Part shown: positions 1-9,065 of the stretch, one piece after another
Position numbering within the stretch: position 1 is the stretch's first letter
Layout of the letters: every line of letters begins with the position of its first letter
Source: Pseudomonadota bacterium
GTDB taxonomy: Bacteria > Myxococcota_A > UBA796 > SXON01
DNA length: 64,000 bases
Reading direction: 5' to 3'
Assembly (NCBI GenBank): GCA_039800105.1
Contig: JBDLRI010000098.1
Span: 4,427-68,426 of the forward strand
Made by a program: the position numbers and the translations under genes
Notes under the pieces: model-generated
What the model saw: the letters and a program-made list of their open reading frames with translations, nothing else
Database searches by the model: none
Told to the model about the DNA's origin: nothing

Positions 1-879
1 CGCCTCCACGCGATGCCCCGCGAGGATCTCCACGCCGTTCTGACGAACCTGCGCCTCGAGCGACGCCGCGAGCTTCGGACCCTCGGTGTACGGCACGGCG
101 ACGAGGTTCTCGATGCCGAGGGTGTCTCCGACCTGCCCGCCGAAGCGCTCCGCGACGAGACCCGTCCGGATTCCCTTGCGCGCGGCGTAGACCGCCGCCG
201 CCGCGCCGGCCGGCCCGCCGCCCACGACGAGCACGTCGTACGGCGCCGTGTCCGCGAGCTTCGCCGCTTCCCGCGCCGCCGCGCCGCTATCGAGGCGACG
301 CACGATCTCCTCGAGCGTCGTGCGCCCCTGGGAGAATGCCGCGCCGTCGAGGAAGACCGCCGGCACGCCCATGATGCGCCGGGACGCGACCTCGTCCTGG
401 AACAGCGCGCCGTCGACCATGACGTGGCGGATGGCGGGGTTCAGCACCGCCAGCGCGTTGAGCGCCTGCACCACCTCCGGGCAGTTGAGGCACGAGAGGG
501 ACACGAACGTCTCGAACACGCGCGGCCCGCGGATGGCGCGGACGGCCTCGGCGAGCGCAGGGTCCACCCGGGGGGGGACGCCGCCCACCTGCAGGATCGC
601 GAGCGCGAGCGAGGTGAACTCGTGCCCGAGCGGCACGCCCGCGAAGGTGATCCGCGCGTCCTCGCCGGGTCGGCCCACGGTGAACGAGGGACGTCGCACG
701 TCGAGGCCCGAGGCCGTCTCCCGCACGGTGAGACGTGGGCTGAGCCGGACCAGCTCGCCGAGGAGCGCACGGAGCTCGACGGCGGCGGGCGATTCGTCGA
801 GGGCCGCGACCAGCTCGACGTCCTGCACGATGCGCGAGAACGCGGTGGACAGCTGCGCGAGGAGGGATGGGTCGAGCAT
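1..879 (-). CDS. ahpF: Alkyl hydroperoxide reductase subunit F (N-terminal ~293 codons; gene continues past the left edge)
   Basis: Absent from the ORF track because it runs off the window. Minus-strand translation from ATG (rc of cat 877-879) reads MLDPSLLAQLSTAFSRIVQDVELVAALDES...FAGVPLGHEFTSLALAILQVGG...SLSCLNCPEVVQALN...YDVLVVGGGPAGAAAAVYAARKGIRTG. It has the CxxC redox motif and the GGGPAG FAD fingerprint, and lies 27 nt downstream of ahpC. Confidence 0.9.
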   Translation of the reverse strand, partial: MLDPSLLAQLSTAFSRIVQDVELVAALDESPAAVELRALLGELVRLSPRLTVRETASGLDVRRPSFTVGRPGEDARITFAGVPLGHEFTSLALAILQVGGVPPRVDPALAEAVRAIRGPRVFETFVSLSCLNCPEVVQALNALAVLNPAIRHVMVDGALFQDEVASRRIMGVPAVFLDGAAFSQGRTTLEEIVRRLDSGAAAREAAKLADTAPYDVLVVGGGPAGAAAAVYAARKGIRTGLVAERFGGQVGDTLGIENLVAVPYTEGPKLAASLEAQVRQNGVEILAGHRVEA

Positions 880-906
880 GGTCGTGGCTCCCTCGGACGT
901 GGGGAT

Positions 907-1470
907 TCAGATCTTTCCGACGAGGTCGAGGGTCGGAGCGAGGGTCGCCGCTCCCGGCGTCCACCTCGCCGGGCAGACCTCGCCGGGGTGCGTGGCGACG
1001 TACTGGGCGGCCTGGATCTTGCGCAGCAGCTCCCGCGCGTCGCGGCCGATGCCGTCGTCGTGGATCTCGGCGACCTTCACGACGCCCTCGGGGTTGAGGA
1101 CGAAGGTGCCGCGCAGGGCCAGCCCGGTCTCCTCGACCATCACGCCGAAGGCGCGGGTCAGGCGGCCGGTGGGATCGCCGATCATCGGGTAGCGCACCTT
1201 GCGGATCGTCTCCGACGCGTCGTGCCAGGCCTTGTGGGTGAAGTGCGTGTCGGTGGACACGGCGTAGACCTCCACGCCCAGGTCGCGCAGGGTGGCGTAG
1301 TGGTCCGCCAGGTCGCCCAGCTCGGTGGGGCAAACGAAGGTGAAGTCGGCCGGGTAGAAGAAGAAGACCGACCAGCGTCCCTTCACGCTGGCGTCGGACA
1401 CGTCGATGAAGGCGCCGTCGTGGAACGCCTTGGCGGTGAACGGGGCGAGGGTGGTGTGGACGATGGACAC
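907..1470 (-). CDS. ahpC: Alkyl hydroperoxide reductase subunit C (typical 2-Cys peroxiredoxin)
   Basis: 187 aa. Has FFFYPADFTFVCPTE (peroxidatic Cys) and GEVCPARW (resolving Cys). Full-length AhpC-like sequence. Confidence 0.97.
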   Translation of the reverse strand: MSIVHTTLAPFTAKAFHDGAFIDVSDASVKGRWSVFFFYPADFTFVCPTELGDLADHYATLRDLGVEVYAVSTDTHFTHKAWHDASETIRKVRYPMIGDPTGRLTRAFGVMVEETGLALRGTFVLNPEGVVKVAEIHDDGIGRDARELLRKIQAAQYVATHPGEVCPARWTPGAATLAPTLDLVGKI

Positions 1471-1574
1471 GTGGCGCTCCTTGGCTGGGTGGATGCGGGC
1501 CGCACCGCGCGACCCGCTCCTCCTTCATGCCCCCGCCGTTCCATCGGGACCAATACAACGATCCGACGCACATG

Positions 1575-1589
1575 ATAGCCAGTGACTAT
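1575..1589. promoter_or_regulatory. Candidate LysR/OxyR-type dyad ATAG-N7-CTAT (T-N11-A) in the ahpC-oxyR divergent region
   Basis: ATAGccagtgaCTAT at 1575-1589 overlaps the predicted oxyR start. Only one dyad was found, not the full four-element OxyR site. Confidence 0.3.
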
Positions 1590-2508
1590 GACGACCGCCC
1601 CGCACCCGTTCACGCTGCGTCAACTGCAGTACGCCCTGGCGATCCACGACCGCGGCAGTTTCCGCGCTGCCGCGGAGGCCTGTCACGTGGCCCAGCCCAG
1701 CCTGAGCGCGCAGGTGGCACAGCTCGAGGATGCGCTCGGCGTGGTGCTCTTCGAGCGGGACCGCCGCGGGGTCCTGCCGACCCCCGCCGGTTCGGTGCTC
1801 CTGGAGCGCATGCGGCGCCTGGTCGTCGACGCCGACGCCCTGCGGGAGGCCGCCCGGCGCGCCGGCGATCCGCTCGACGGGACCTTGCGCCTCGGCGTGA
1901 TCCCGACCATCGCGCCCTACCTGCTGCCCACGCTGGCGCCGCGCCTGCGCGAGGCGTTCCCACGCCTCTCGGCGCTGTGGACGGAGGAGCGCACACCAGT
2001 CCTGGCCGCGCGCCTTGCGTCCGGCGCGCTCGACGCCGCGCTGCTCGCGCAGGAGGCCGACCTGGGGGACGTGACGTGCGCGACCGTCGGACGGGACCCG
2101 TTCGTGCTGGCCGCGCCCCGCGCGCACCGACTCGCCGCGGAGACCGGTCCGGTCGAGGAGGACGCGCTGCGCGACGAAGCCGTGCTGCTGCTCGAGGAGG
2201 GCCACTGCCTGCGGACGCAGGCGCTGGCGTGGTGCGCGCGCACGGCGGTGCACGAGCTGGCCTGGCGCGCCACCAGCCTGGGGACGCTGGCGCAGGTCGT
2301 CGCCAGCGGCGCGGGAATCACCCTGCTGCCGCGCCTCGCCGTCGACACCGAGGTCCGCAGGGCCGATCTGGTCGTGCGCCCGCTCGCCGCGCCGGCGCCG
2401 TTCCGTACCCTCGTGCTGGCCTGGCGCACCCACTCGCCGCTGGCGCCGGCGCTGGAGCGGCTGGCGGGCGTGATGCGCGAGGCCTACGGTTCCCCGTCGT
2501 CGACATAG
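1582..2508 (+). CDS. oxyR: LysR-family hydrogen peroxide sensor/regulator OxyR
   Basis: 308 aa. N-terminal HTH (FRAAAEACHVAQPSLSAQV). Redox Cys pair in LLLEEGHCLRTQALAWC, comparable to OxyR C199/C208. Divergent from ahpCF. Start is GTG 1582 or ATG 1588. Confidence 0.9.
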   Translation: MTMTTAPHPFTLRQLQYALAIHDRGSFRAAAEACHVAQPSLSAQVAQLEDALGVVLFERDRRGVLPTPAGSVLLERMRRLVVDADALREAARRAGDPLDGTLRLGVIPTIAPYLLPTLAPRLREAFPRLSALWTEERTPVLAARLASGALDAALLAQEADLGDVTCATVGRDPFVLAAPRAHRLAAETGPVEEDALRDEAVLLLEEGHCLRTQALAWCARTAVHELAWRATSLGTLAQVVASGAGITLLPRLAVDTEVRRADLVVRPLAAPAPFRTLVLAWRTHSPLAPALERLAGVMREAYGSPSST

Positions 2509-4850
2509 AGCGCGCGCGGATCCTCGGGCCAACGGTGGCGCGGGTAGCGCCGCATCAGCTCCTTGCGGATGGACGGCCAGTGCCGCTCCCAGAACCCGTG
2601 CAAGTCGGTGGTGACCTGCACCGGACGCCGGTTGGGCGCGAGCAGGTGCAGCACCAGCGGACGACCGTCGCCGCCGCGCGGACCCTCGCGAAGCCCGAAG
2701 AAGTCCTGCATGCGGGAGGCGACGCACGGATCCCCGCCGTCCTCGGGGTACGTCACCGGGACCCGCGCGCGGCCCGGGAGGTCCACCGTGACCGGGGCGA
2801 CACGGTCGAGCCGCGCGCCCATGTCCCCGAGAAGGTCGCGGGCCACCGCCACGAGGGAGACCGCGCGCAGATCCTCCAGCGAACGGCACCCCTCGCACCC
2901 CGCCCGCACCAGCGCGTCCACGTCGAGGGCCGGAACCTCCGGCATCGAACGACGCAGCCACGCGACGCGACGGACCATCGCCTCGGCCTGCTCGAAATCC
3001 GGAAACCAACGGTGCGCGACGTCACGGGCGTGGGCGTGCAGGAAGGCCGCCACGGCCCCGGGGTCGCCGGGCATCGGCGTGGCCTCGAGCACGACGGCAC
3101 CGACGCACAGCGCCTCGGTGACCTCCACGCGCGTGCCGGTCCAGACCATCTCGGTGCGCAGCTCGGCGTCGGAGAGCAGCCACGCCTCGGGGATCGCGGC
3201 GCAGGCGCGCGCGCGCACACGCCCCTCGATCCGCTCGGCCTCCGTGACCAGCACGATGCCGTCCCCGCCCGGAAAGCCGCGGTCGAGCTCGGCGCGGCCA
3301 CCCTCCGCGAGCACCACCACACTGCCGCGACGGCGGCCGACGCGGTCCGGAAACGCGACGTACAGCGCGCGCGCGACGGCCTCCTCCGGCGCGCCGGTGC
3401 GCTCGGCGCCGGCCGGCGGCGGCACCGGCCCGCGCGGCAGCTGCCCCTCCAGGTTGCGGCGTTCCCGCGCGAGCCCCCCTGCGCCGTCGAGCGCCAGCGC
3501 GACGGGGTCGACGGTCTCGACGCCACGGCGCCGCGCGTCCATCCAGGCCGCCAGGGTCGTCACGGGTCCCGCCACCCCCTGCGCCACGCCCTCCAGCACC
3601 ATGCGCGCCGCACGCGGATGCAGCGGCAGACGACCCATCGCGCGCCCGAGCGGGGTGACGGCGCCCGTGCCGTCGAGCGCGCCCAGTCGCCGCAGGAGCG
3701 CGACGGCGGAGTCCCAGGCGCGTGCAGGCGGCGGCTCCAGCCAGGGCAGTTCCTCGCGACCCGTCACGCCCATGCACGCGAGATCGAGCACCGTGCCGGA
3801 CAGGTCCGCCCGCTGGAGCTCCGGGGTCCCGAACGCGGGTCGGGGCTCGCTCGCGGGGTAGAGCCGCAGGCACAACCCGGGGCCGAGGCGCCCGGCGCGG
3901 CCCGCGCGCTGGTCCGCGGACGCGCGGGGGATGGGCTGCACCGCCAGCGTGCCCATGCCCGTCCACGGATCCCACGCGGACACGCGCGCCAGGCCGGTGT
4001 CGACGACCGTGTCGACGCCCTCGACCGTGACGCTGGTCTCGGCCACGTTCGTGGAGAGCACCACCCGCGGCCGATCCGCGGACTGGAGCGCGCGCGCCTG
4101 CGTGTCGGGGTCCAGCTCGCCGTGGAGCGGCACCACGAGCCGATCGATGCGACCCAGCACCTCGACGCAACGGGCGATCTCTCCCGCGCCCGGGAGGAAC
4201 ACGAGGATGTCGCCGCGGTGGGCGCACGCCCGCACGGCGTCTGCCACCCGCACCTCCAATGGCCGCGCATCGGCCCGCGCCACGTGCTGGATCTCGACCG
4301 GATGACGCACCGCCTCCACCGTCAGGCGCGGCCATCCGAGCGCACGTTCCAGGGCGGACCCGTCCAGCGTGGCGCTCATCACCACGACGCGCAGGTCGGG
4401 GCGGCGCGCACGAAGGGCGCGCACCAGCGCCAGCGCCACGTCGGCGTGGATGCCGCGCTCGTGGAACTCGTCGAGGACCACCGCGTCGATGCCGGCGAGG
4501 TCCGGATCCTCCGCGGCACGGTGCGCCAGGAGCGCCTCGGTCACGTACAGCAGGCGGGTCCGTGGCCCGGCGCGACGCTCCAGACGCACGGCATACCCGA
4601 CGGTGGCGCCGATGGGCTCGCCCCGCTCCGCCGCGACCCGCGCCGCGGACGCACGCGCGGCGATCCGTCGCGGCTCCAGCACCCACACCTGCCCCGGCAC
4701 CATGTCGAGCAGCGCCGGCGGCACGCGAGTCGTCTTGCCGGTGCCGGGCGGCGCCTCCAGGACGACCGCGCCGTGGGCGTCGAGCAGCGTGCGCAGCTCG
4801 GGGATGACCGCATCGACGGGAAGGGACGGCAGCGTCAACGGGGGCGGCAC
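2484..4850 (-). CDS. hrpB: ATP-dependent RNA helicase HrpB (DEAH-box)
   Basis: 788 aa. Has APPGTGKTTRVP (Walker A), LDEFHERG (DEFH box), STNVAETSVTVEGV and ADQRAGRAGR, plus an HrpB-type C-terminal domain. Its 3' end overlaps oxyR by 25 nt (convergent). Confidence 0.9.
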   Translation of the reverse strand: MPPPLTLPSLPVDAVIPELRTLLDAHGAVVLEAPPGTGKTTRVPPALLDMVPGQVWVLEPRRIAARASAARVAAERGEPIGATVGYAVRLERRAGPRTRLLYVTEALLAHRAAEDPDLAGIDAVVLDEFHERGIHADVALALVRALRARRPDLRVVVMSATLDGSALERALGWPRLTVEAVRHPVEIQHVARADARPLEVRVADAVRACAHRGDILVFLPGAGEIARCVEVLGRIDRLVVPLHGELDPDTQARALQSADRPRVVLSTNVAETSVTVEGVDTVVDTGLARVSAWDPWTGMGTLAVQPIPRASADQRAGRAGRLGPGLCLRLYPASEPRPAFGTPELQRADLSGTVLDLACMGVTGREELPWLEPPPARAWDSAVALLRRLGALDGTGAVTPLGRAMGRLPLHPRAARMVLEGVAQGVAGPVTTLAAWMDARRRGVETVDPVALALDGAGGLARERRNLEGQLPRGPVPPPAGAERTGAPEEAVARALYVAFPDRVGRRRGSVVVLAEGGRAELDRGFPGGDGIVLVTEAERIEGRVRARACAAIPEAWLLSDAELRTEMVWTGTRVEVTEALCVGAVVLEATPMPGDPGAVAAFLHAHARDVAHRWFPDFEQAEAMVRRVAWLRRSMPEVPALDVDALVRAGCEGCRSLEDLRAVSLVAVARDLLGDMGARLDRVAPVTVDLPGRARVPVTYPEDGGDPCVASRMQDFFGLREGPRGGDGRPLVLHLLAPNRRPVQVTTDLHGFWERHWPSIRKELMRRYPRHRWPEDPRALYVDDGEP

Positions 4851-4861
4851 TCCGGCACGAA

Positions 4862-5398
4862 GTGCGCTATCCTTGCCACATGCTGCTCGCCCTCGTCTCC
4901 CTCGCCGCCGCCATGGAACTCCGCCTGTCCGTCACGTCGCCCGAGGGCCACGTGGGGACCGTGACGACGTCGGTCAGCACCGACACCGTGCTGACGAAGT
5001 TCCCGCTTCCCATCACGAACCCGAAGAAGCCCTCGAAGCAGAAGTACACGGCGCTCGTCTCGGCGAACCTGCAGGGCACCGTGTGCAAGGTCGACGTGGA
5101 GATCTACCGGGGCCCCGTCTCCCGCAACAAGCTCGTCACCCGTCCGCAGCTCGTGCTCACCAATTACGAGACGAGCAAGGTGCGCAGCAGCGCCGGGCCC
5201 ACGCCCGATTCGGATGTGTGGGAGGTCAGCGCGGTGATGGCGGAGGATGTCCAGCTCGACACGTCCGGCTTCCAGTCCGCCGTCGTGCCCGTCCAGTCGG
5301 CTGCGCCCGCCCCGGCCGCACCCGCCCCGGCCGCGCCCGTCGAGCCCGCGACGCCCCCCGCCGCGCCACCGGCGACCACCGCGCCCGCGAAGCCGTAG
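4862..5398 (+). CDS. Hypothetical secreted protein with Pro/Ala-rich C-terminal tail
   Basis: 178 aa with a hydrophobic N-terminus (MLLALVSLAAAME; alternative ATG at 4880) and a PAPAAPAPAAP tail. GC is locally lower than in neighbouring genes. No family recognised. Confidence 0.5.
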   Translation: MRYPCHMLLALVSLAAAMELRLSVTSPEGHVGTVTTSVSTDTVLTKFPLPITNPKKPSKQKYTALVSANLQGTVCKVDVEIYRGPVSRNKLVTRPQLVLTNYETSKVRSSAGPTPDSDVWEVSAVMAEDVQLDTSGFQSAVVPVQSAAPAPAAPAPAAPVEPATPPAAPPATTAPAKP

Positions 5399-5465
5399 CC
5401 GCCTGCGGCCCCGCGGCCGTACGTGTCTTGCCGCGCCGGTGCCGGGCGCCTAGGTTGCGCTGCCC

Positions 5466-7217
5466 ATGCATCCCCATCTCACCGCGCTCTCCGACGCACT
5501 CGACCGTGAATGGCGGGCGCGCAGCGACGAGCACGCGCGCAACCGCGCGCTTCCCCTCCCCGCGCGCGCGGCTGCGGGTTTCACCCTGTACCCGCTCGAC
5601 CTCGTCAGCACCGAACACCGTTCGCGCGGCCGGCTGAACGCCCTGCTGCGTGGCCGTGATCTCGGGGAGGCCTTCCAGCCCGGGGATCCCGTCGTGCTGG
5701 CACCCGTCGGTCGTCCCGACGACGGCATCGCGGGATGGATCGAGGGCGTGGACCCCTCGTCCGTCGAGGTGCGCCTCGAGGGTGAGCCGGACGGCGCCGG
5801 GCCATGGGCGGTCAGCCGGCGGCTCGACCCGTCCGTCCACGCACGGCAACGCGCGGCGATGCTCCGCGCGGCCGAGAAGCCGAAGGCGCTCGCCAAGCTG
5901 CTGCTCGGCATGGAATTGCCGTACCCTCCGGACCCGCTGGACCACCCGGAGCTCGCGCGGCTTCACCCCGACCAGCGCGCTGCGGCCGCCCTGGCGCTCG
6001 GGGCGACCGAGATCGGCCTGCTCCACGGCCCGCCCGGCACCGGCAAGACCGAGGTGCTCGTGGCCATGCTGCGGGCGCTCAAGGATCTCGGCGAGAAGCC
6101 GTGGGCGCTGGCGGACAGCAACGCCGCCGTGGACCACCTCGCGCTACGGGCGGGCGCCGCCGGGCTGGACGTCGTCCGCATCGGAGTCAGCGCACGCATC
6201 GGCGGCGACGTCCGTGCGCTCACGCTGGAACACCGCATCCTCCACGGCGCCCGCGCGGCCGTCATCCAGCGGCTCACGCGCGACGCCACGCGCGCCACGG
6301 GAGACGCGCTCCACGAGGTGCGTGCGGCCATCCGCGAGGAATGGTCCGCCGCCAAGCGCGAGATCCTGCAGGGCGCGGACGTGCTCGCCATGACCCTCGG
6401 GACCCTGCTCACGCGCGGCGAGGACCTCCCGGACGTGCGCACCGCCCTCCTCGACGAGGCGGGACAGGTCTCCGAGCCCGCCGCGTGGGGGCTCGTGGGG
6501 CGCGTGCGGCGCGTGCTGATGGCGGGCGACCCCCACCAGCTCGGGCCGGTCGTCGTCGGACGCGACCCCACCCTGGAGACGAGCCTCTTGCAGCGCCTCG
6601 TCGCGGAGGGCTTCCCCTTCCCGATGCTCACCGAGCAGCGAAGGATGCACGGGACCCTGATGGCGCTCATCCAGCCGACCTACGGCGGACGCCTCACGGC
6701 GGCCGCCCACGTCGCCACGCGGTCCCTGCCGGTGGAGAGCCCCTGGAACACCCATCCGGCACGCTTCGTGGACACCGCAGGCATGGGCCACGACGAGGCC
6801 CGGGACGCACACGGGAGCGTCTACAACCTCGGCGAGGCGTCGCTGCTTGCGCGGATCTGGCGCGAGCTGCGCGACGCGGGGGTCCGTCCGGACCAGGTCG
6901 GCGTCGTGGCACCGTACCGCGCGCAGGTGGCCCAGCTCCGACAGGTGCTGCCCGAGCTCGAGGTCGCGACGGTGAACGCGTTCCAGGGCCGCGAGGTCGA
7001 CGTGCTGCTTGCGAGCTTCACGCGCTCCAACCCCGACGGCGAGCTCGGCTTCGTGGCCGACGCCCGCCGGCTGAACGTGACGCTCAGCCGCGCGCGCTCC
7101 CTGTTCATCGGCGTGGGCGACAGCGCCACGCTGGGCACGTCGCCGCTGTTCGCGCGGCTCGTGGAGCGCGTCGGCGACGGCTACCTGAGCGGCTGGGAGT
7201 TGCCCGAGGAGTCCTAG
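5466..7217 (+). CDS. Superfamily-1 helicase of the Upf1/DNA2/IGHMBP2-like (AAA_11/AAA_12) type
   Basis: 583 aa. Has GPPGTGKTEVLVAML (Walker A), LLDEAGQVSEP (Walker B), MAGDPHQLGPVV, TEQRRMH, VNAFQGREVDVLLASFTRSN and RRLNVTLSRAR. Confidence 0.85.
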   Translation: MHPHLTALSDALDREWRARSDEHARNRALPLPARAAAGFTLYPLDLVSTEHRSRGRLNALLRGRDLGEAFQPGDPVVLAPVGRPDDGIAGWIEGVDPSSVEVRLEGEPDGAGPWAVSRRLDPSVHARQRAAMLRAAEKPKALAKLLLGMELPYPPDPLDHPELARLHPDQRAAAALALGATEIGLLHGPPGTGKTEVLVAMLRALKDLGEKPWALADSNAAVDHLALRAGAAGLDVVRIGVSARIGGDVRALTLEHRILHGARAAVIQRLTRDATRATGDALHEVRAAIREEWSAAKREILQGADVLAMTLGTLLTRGEDLPDVRTALLDEAGQVSEPAAWGLVGRVRRVLMAGDPHQLGPVVVGRDPTLETSLLQRLVAEGFPFPMLTEQRRMHGTLMALIQPTYGGRLTAAAHVATRSLPVESPWNTHPARFVDTAGMGHDEARDAHGSVYNLGEASLLARIWRELRDAGVRPDQVGVVAPYRAQVAQLRQVLPELEVATVNAFQGREVDVLLASFTRSNPDGELGFVADARRLNVTLSRARSLFIGVGDSATLGTSPLFARLVERVGDGYLSGWELPEES

Positions 7218-7230
7218 CGCCCGGGCGACG

Positions 7231-7857
7231 CTAGCCGCGGTAGTCCGCGAGGACGTGGAACCCGAAGCCCGCCTCGGCCGCACGTTCCTCCGGCGCGCGG
7301 AACACGCCGACGCCGTCGGGGGGCGTTCCCAGCGCCGCGAGGAAGGCCTCGGTGGCGAGAGTCTCGCGGGGTCGCGCGACGTCCTCGCCCAGCACGAAGG
7401 CGTGGTTGACCTCCGCGCCGAAGACGTCGCGGCCGGGCAGCAGGAGCATCTCCCCGTGCCCGAGGCCGATGCTCGCGTGGATCGGGTCGCGACGGGATCC
7501 GTCGCCCACGTGGCCGTCCCGCCCCTGGTTGAACGCTGCGAGCGCCCGCTGGGCGTCGAGCGCGGCGTGGACCGCGTCCGCGGGCGCCTCGAACAGGACG
7601 AAGATCGTGTCGGCCTCGGAGGTCACGAGCTCGCCGCGGTGGCCCGCAAGCACCGGCTCGAGGGCACGGCGCGCCGCCGCGCACAGGGCGAGCGCGTAGA
7701 CGATGCCGTCGCGCGCGCTGCGGGTGGTCATGCCGGTGAAGTCGCACACGAGCACGGAGCGCACGGCGCCGTGACGCCGCACGATCTCGGCCTCCCGGCC
7801 GGGGTCGTCCAGCACGGGGAGCAGGAGCGCGGTCCAGTCGTCGTGGGAGGTCGCCAC
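7231..7857 (-). CDS. Small stand-alone class III adenylate/guanylate cyclase-like domain protein
   Basis: 208 aa. The segments VLVCDFTGMT...ADTIFVLFE...ASIGLGHGEMLLL..DVFGAEVNHAFVLGE follow the cyclase-homology-domain layout, with some metal/substrate positions divergent. Confidence 0.6.
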   Translation of the reverse strand: MATSHDDWTALLLPVLDDPGREAEIVRRHGAVRSVLVCDFTGMTTRSARDGIVYALALCAAARRALEPVLAGHRGELVTSEADTIFVLFEAPADAVHAALDAQRALAAFNQGRDGHVGDGSRRDPIHASIGLGHGEMLLLPGRDVFGAEVNHAFVLGEDVARPRETLATEAFLAALGTPPDGVGVFRAPEERAAEAGFGFHVLADYRG

Positions 7858-7892
7858 GGGCCGCTCCTACCGCGACGGGCTAGGGTCCGTCC

Positions 7893-9065
7893 ATGCCCGA
7901 AGGCAACCGCATGGCCGGCTTCGGCCCCTCCGTGTTCGCGGAGGTCTCCGCGCGGGCGTCGCAGGTCGGCGCCATCAACCTGGCGCAGGGGTTTCCCGAC
8001 TTCGACGGTCCCGACTTCGTGCGCGAGGCCGCACGCCGGGCCATCGCCGAGGGACACGGGCAATATGCCCGCACCCACGGGCTCCCCGCGCTGAACGAAG
8101 CGATCGCGGCGCGCTGCCACGCGCGCGGCATGGCCTGCGACCCGCACGCCGAGGTCACCGTCACGAGCGGCGCGACGGAGGCGCTCGCCGCCGCGGTTCT
8201 CGGCCTCTGCGAACACGGCGACGAGGTCGTCGTCATCGAACCCGCCTACGACAGCTACCTCGGCAGCCTGCGCATGGCCGGCGCCCGACCCCTCCCCGTG
8301 ACGCTCCGCCCCGCCCGGGGCGCGGCCGGCGGGTGGGCGCTGGACCTGGACGCGCTGCATGCCGCGATGGCGCGCAAGCCGCGCGCCCTGCTGCTCAACA
8401 CCCCGCACAACCCCACGGGCGCGGTGCTCGACCGCACCACGCTCGCCGCCGTGGCGGAAGCGTGCGTGCGCCACGATGTGCTTTGCATCTCCGACGAAGT
8501 CTACGAGGAGCTCGTCTACGAGGGCGAACACATCTCCATCGCGACGATGCCGGGCATGGCGGAGCGCACCGTGACCGTGTCCAGCCTCGGCAAGACCTTC
8601 TCTCTCACCGGTTGGAAGATCGGTTGGGCCGTCGCGCCGTCGCCGCTCACGCGCGCCCTGCGCGCGGTGCACCAGTTCCTCACCTTCTCCACCGCCACCC
8701 CGCTGCAGCACGCGGCCGTGACCGCGCTCCAGGCGGCGCCGGACTACTACGACGGCCTTCGGAGCGCGTTCCGCGCCCGTCGTGACCTGCTGGCGTCGGG
8801 ACTCGCGTCGCTCGGCTTCGAGGTGGAGCCGCCTGCGGGCACCTACTTCATCTGCGCGGGCATCCGGGACTTCGGCATGGATGACCGGGCGATGGTGGAC
8901 CACCTGCTCACCCACGCCGGCGTCGCCGTCATCCCGCCGAGCGCCTTCCACCTCGATCCCGCCCTCGGCCACGACTACGTGCGCGTGGCGTTCTGCAAGC
9001 GCCCCGAGACCCTCGACGCCGCGCTCGCCCGCCTGCGCGACTGGCGGGCCCGGAGACCCGCATGA
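7893..9065 (+). CDS. Class I PLP aminotransferase (YbdL / glutamine transaminase K-like)
   Basis: 390 aa. Has NLAQGFPDF, LNTPHNPTG and SSLGKTFSLTGWKIGW (PLP lysine motif). Confidence 0.9.
   Translation: MPEGNRMAGFGPSVFAEVSARASQVGAINLAQGFPDFDGPDFVREAARRAIAEGHGQYARTHGLPALNEAIAARCHARGMACDPHAEVTVTSGATEALAAAVLGLCEHGDEVVVIEPAYDSYLGSLRMAGARPLPVTLRPARGAAGGWALDLDALHAAMARKPRALLLNTPHNPTGAVLDRTTLAAVAEACVRHDVLCISDEVYEELVYEGEHISIATMPGMAERTVTVSSLGKTFSLTGWKIGWAVAPSPLTRALRAVHQFLTFSTATPLQHAAVTALQAAPDYYDGLRSAFRARRDLLASGLASLGFEVEPPAGTYFICAGIRDFGMDDRAMVDHLLTHAGVAVIPPSAFHLDPALGHDYVRVAFCKRPETLDAALARLRDWRARRPA

Noticed and set aside
566-590. G-run segments at about 566-590 (CCCGGGGGGGGACGCCGCCC) and about 61411-61440 (CCGGGGGGGGAGGAGG), considered as degenerate copies of the hairpin repeat.
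   Set aside because: They lack the GCAACGCC/GGCGTTGC tail and a complementary C-arm. They encode ordinary conserved or Pro-rich protein segments.
13-1575. 520-aa + strand ORF covering the ahpF/ahpC region.
   Set aside because: It is antisense to two genes with unambiguous AhpF/AhpC sequences. Its translation is low-complexity and Arg/Glu/Gly-rich.
1553-1589. A full four-element OxyR site (ATAG-N7-CTAT-N7-ATAG-N7-CTAT) in the ahpC-oxyR spacer.
   Set aside because: Only the promoter-distal dyad (1575-1589) is present. The expected upstream half does not match.
1527-4964. Very long ORFs in the track: 1527-4964 (+) 1145 aa; 33672-36893 (+); 42522-46454 (-); 48580-52593 (+) 1337 aa; 55729-60786 (+) 1685 aa; 34786-37314 (-).
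   Set aside because: Their translations are Arg/Ala/Gly/Pro-rich and lack recognisable motifs. They run antisense or out of frame to genes with clear family signatures. Stop-codon scarcity at over 70% GC explains them.
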